A stretch of DNA of 64,000 bases from Marsupella aquatica (Eukaryota > Plantae > Marchantiophyta), in contig OZ316893.1 of the NCBI GenBank assembly GCA_973895155.1, positions 3,268,490-3,332,489 of the forward strand, given 5' to 3'. Position numbers and translations under genes: made by a program. How positions within the stretch are numbered: the stretch's first letter is position 1; each line of letters opens with the position of its first letter. Below, piece by piece: positions 60,807-64,000 of the stretch. The notes beneath the pieces were generated by a model, which made no database searches, had not been told where the DNA came from, and saw nothing but the letters and a program-made list of their open reading frames with translations.

Positions 60807-63800
60807 TTCAGTCTAACTGCGCTCGGCATGCGCGTTAGGTGTGTCTTAGGCCACTATTATTAGCATAACGACAGTATTTAGGTAATCATTAGGGGTAGGA
60901 CATCATTAGGCAATAAGGGGGACTTCAGGTTCGGACTGGCGGCAGGTCGCTATTCGCACACCCGGGTTACGAGCGTGGAAGGGCCCCTCCCTCGGGTCCG
61001 TATAACGAACTTAAGGAAGCGGCCACTGACGCACGCTGACTCAGACCGGCGGAGTGGCCGGTACACCACAAGCGTGAGCGGTTCAGCCTATGGGCGTCGA
61101 GGAGACATCGGGGATCGACAAGCCCTCAAAGTATAAAAGGGGAGCCAACCCTTTGTAGTGCACCAGTCCATCAGTCCGCGCGCCAGCTTCGACCCTAGCT
61201 CTCTCGTTCTCTCTAGGTCGCCACTACTATCTCCTCTGAATGTCGCACACGATCCTCTCCAGCTCGGCCATTCGATTCTGGACGCAGTTCCTATCTCCCG
61301 GAAGGCACTTGGCCGATTCATTGAAACACGCCAACCCGCGCCGATACAAAATCAAACGCGAATACGAGAGAGCCATCCGCCTAGCAGGACAACACCACTA
61401 CGTCCTTAACTTTGACTACCCGTCTCAGAGCGAGCTTTACCGACCAGCAGAGGTATCTGGGTACTTCTTCAACGGAGACAAATATATCGGTTTCTGGGAA
61501 GCATTGCTTCGGCTTCCGGACGAGGTCTTCCATATCCCGGGTACAATCGACCTGCAGCGACATCACTTCGACCACATCCCTGCCCAGGTTCGGGCTGTCA
61601 TTAACGGTGAGTCCAGTACCAACCGTTCGACAAGGGCGTCCGCACTCGCTTCGGAGAACTTCTACCAGCACGTGCAGAGCTTCATGGGAACTCGGCCATC
61701 AACCAACATGACCAACTCAGCCGTGCCCATACCCGTACCCGTGCCCATGCAACCCCAGCCTCAACCTCAGGCTCAGCTTCAGCTTCAGCCTCAGCCGCAG
61801 CCTAGCCAAACCCCACCACCTATCACCCAGCCAGCACAGGTACGCTCCGTCATCAACGCTGTGGATCTTAGCGATGATGATGAGGCTACCCCACCCTTGA
61901 CCAGGCGGCCCAGAGGAACAAGCGCTCGGGGGGCCGACACTATATCATCCCCACCCCCTGCTTTGACCCCAGGAGCGGCCCCAGCAGACAACATGGTGAC
62001 CGTGGCCGCCCCGGGCCCGTTACCAACGGCAGTGGCACTCCCCAGGCCCGATCGGGAGGATGGGGAAGTATCACCTTCCCCGAGTCAGTCACGGGGAAAG
62101 AAGAGGAAGGAATCCGCCACTGCATCCGGGTTACCGTTGGCCACGGTAGCCGTAGCCAAGGTGATGATGCACCGCATGGGGGAAAACGTTCACAACAACA
62201 TCCTCCATCCCAAGCATGCGGTGTACCTGAAGACTCAGGGATTTGAGCACCTCACCTCTCTCCCCTGGAACACTTGCAGGTACTGCGGGGAGTTCATGGC
62301 CCGGAAGGTAGCCTGTTTCTTCAATCAGGAGTTGGTTGCCGCAGTAAAGGCAGGTCGGGCCCAGTCAGAGGCCCTTCAGAGGATAGAGCGGTACCGGGTG
62401 GAGTCCGTGTACCTAAAGAACGAAGTGGCAGCTCAAGAGGCTGAGCTTCTGCAACTACGACCCAAGGTTGCAGCCACCAATGAGTTGTTAGCAAAGGCAC
62501 ACGCTCTTACCGCCCTAGCCGAACAGGCCAAAGCTGGGAACGAGGCCGAGATTACACGACTCCGGAACCAGATTGACAGTTTGAAGAAACAAGCTGTCAC
62601 CTGGCAGAAAGACCTGGAGGAGGCCGAGGAGCGAGCCCATCGGGACACGGCGGAGATAGCCACGTTGCAGGCCGAGATGGTGCGGCTCCAAACCGAGGCC
62701 GAGAAGCAGGACCAGCTGGCGGGTAAACTGACGAGCGACGCCCAGCAGCTGGAGGAGGCATGTTAGGAGGCAGCAGAGGAGACGGACGCGGCGAGGCGAG
62801 AGAACGAATCTCTGCTGGACCAGGTCCAGCTCCTCAAAGCGGACAATGACAGGCTTCGAAGGCAGCGGGATGGCCGTTCCCATTCGGGCGGCTCTAGCAA
62901 GCGTGCCAGGCATTAGCGGCGGAGTAGGAATAGATTAGGATTAGGATTGGCTTAGTCAGGCTCTTGGGACAGGCACCTGCCTTAGGTACAACAGCGCTGC
63001 CCTACTGTCCAGCCTACGTAGATTAGGATCTTCTAATAAGACACAGCCGTTTTCCGGCCTGACTGTCAGCTTAGTTAGGACCTTAGTCAGCGAATCTTCG
63101 GTGAGAGGACACCCCGTCCCTCGGCTCTTAGTATTTAGTGCACCCCTCGGTAGAGGCGGGGGGGGTTTTTAGTTTTAGAGTCGGACATCCGCGGGATATG
63201 CGGGGAGTCCCGACCTCTAGGAATGAAAGAGTACCAAGGGGAGGGGGTAGGACTAAGCTCGCCGGGCGAGTGCGGAGCCAGGCTCCGTTGTAGTGTGCAC
63301 CCTCGGCCTTGAAACTGTTCATTCCAGGGCTGTCGGGTCAACTAAGTGTACGCATATGTTCCCTTTGTAGTAAAATCCTTTCCCATCATTTTCCTTCGTG
63401 TAAATCGAGATTGTATGCATGTGTGCGCATATGTGTGTGGGTTTCTCGTATATGGGTGGCAGCGCCAGGCCGAACGCACTACCCGAGACGTGCACAGGGT
63501 GCAGCCTGCGGGTAAGTGGTTGCGAGCACGGGTTGGGGACCTGTATCATCGAATCCGGATCAAAGGCGGACAGCACGAAGGCTTAGAAGCCCTTAAGCCG
63601 GGGTCGATCCTGCTATTGACTAAGGTACGTTCCGGCGGCGGAACACAAACCATATCTAGGAGGTGTCCGTATTTAGTAGTATACGCACTTAGCGCTAGTT
63701 TACGAGAATAAGGTGCATTACGTGCTTCCCTTCCTGCCCAAACCCTCAGATTTATGAGGGATGTGCCCGTCTAAGCTGAAGTCTGAGTTAAGGTCGAAGC

Positions 63801-63813
63801 CTACGACGCGACA
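60774..63813 (+). repeat. 3' LTR of family B (3,040 bp)
   Basis: Preceded by PPT AAGCAGGGAGCTA and followed by TSD CCTGC. Confidence 0.96.
61240..62916 (+). pseudogene. Second copy of the family B LTR ORF, one CAG>TAG at 62764
   Basis: Open for 508 codons; its stop is at a different position from the one in the 5' copy. Confidence 0.82.
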
Positions 63814-64000
63814 CCTGCTTTGTTTGTACAGTCGTGACGGAGACGATTTGGAAGTCATGCTCGGGGAGGGTAATACGGCATTATCTAGGGATGGCCCCTG
63901 CAGACCATAATTTAGCTAGAAAAGCTGGTTTGGTTCCATGTTTTGAACTCGACTGGCCCAGAGTTGCAATTCCTGCTGTAAAGGAGTTTGCAGTAGGGTA

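Larger units (their letters stand above)
51647..63813 (+). mobile_element. Full-length Ty3/gypsy LTR retrotransposon, family B (12.2 kb), related to family A
   Basis: 3.04-kb LTRs, TSD CCTGC (51642-51646, 63814-63818), same PBS as family A, clearly homologous gag-pol. Confidence 0.97.

Overview
Eukaryotic, plant-type nest of transposable elements (GT-AG introns, primer-binding sites for tRNA-iMet and tRNA-Asn); no clear host housekeeping gene. A non-seed land plant is plausible but cannot be shown from sequence. Layout: (1) Ty3/gypsy family A: truncated LTR at 1-1973, full-length element at 1974-17646 with 4.7-kb LTRs, and a solo LTR at 23165-27834. Each intact LTR itself encodes a ~1,240-aa protein with a plant-mobile-domain-like segment and a long coiled coil. 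(2) A decayed CACTA/EnSpm-type transposase gene (19082-50912) split by two insertions: a ~21.8-kb Mutator-like element (22130-43916, 9-bp TSD ATTCTAGCG, degenerate TIRs) and a young 5,965-bp Ty1/copia element (44253-50217). (3) Inside the Mutator-like element: a DDE+SWIM transposase, a divergently oriented ParB-like/DNA-methyltransferase-like gene, ~27 copies of a 15-bp palindrome TAGCGCC-N-GGCGCTA placed almost entirely in introns, intergenic DNA and a 73-bp tandem array, an F-box-like cargo region with a second palindrome, and two nested solo LTRs. (4) Ty3/gypsy family B (51647-63813) with 3.0-kb LTRs that also encode a related coiled-coil protein. Top candidates for new biology are the palindrome-marked MULE carrying a ParB/MTase-like gene and the protein-coding LTRs. 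All domain calls are by-eye motif recognition, not database hits.
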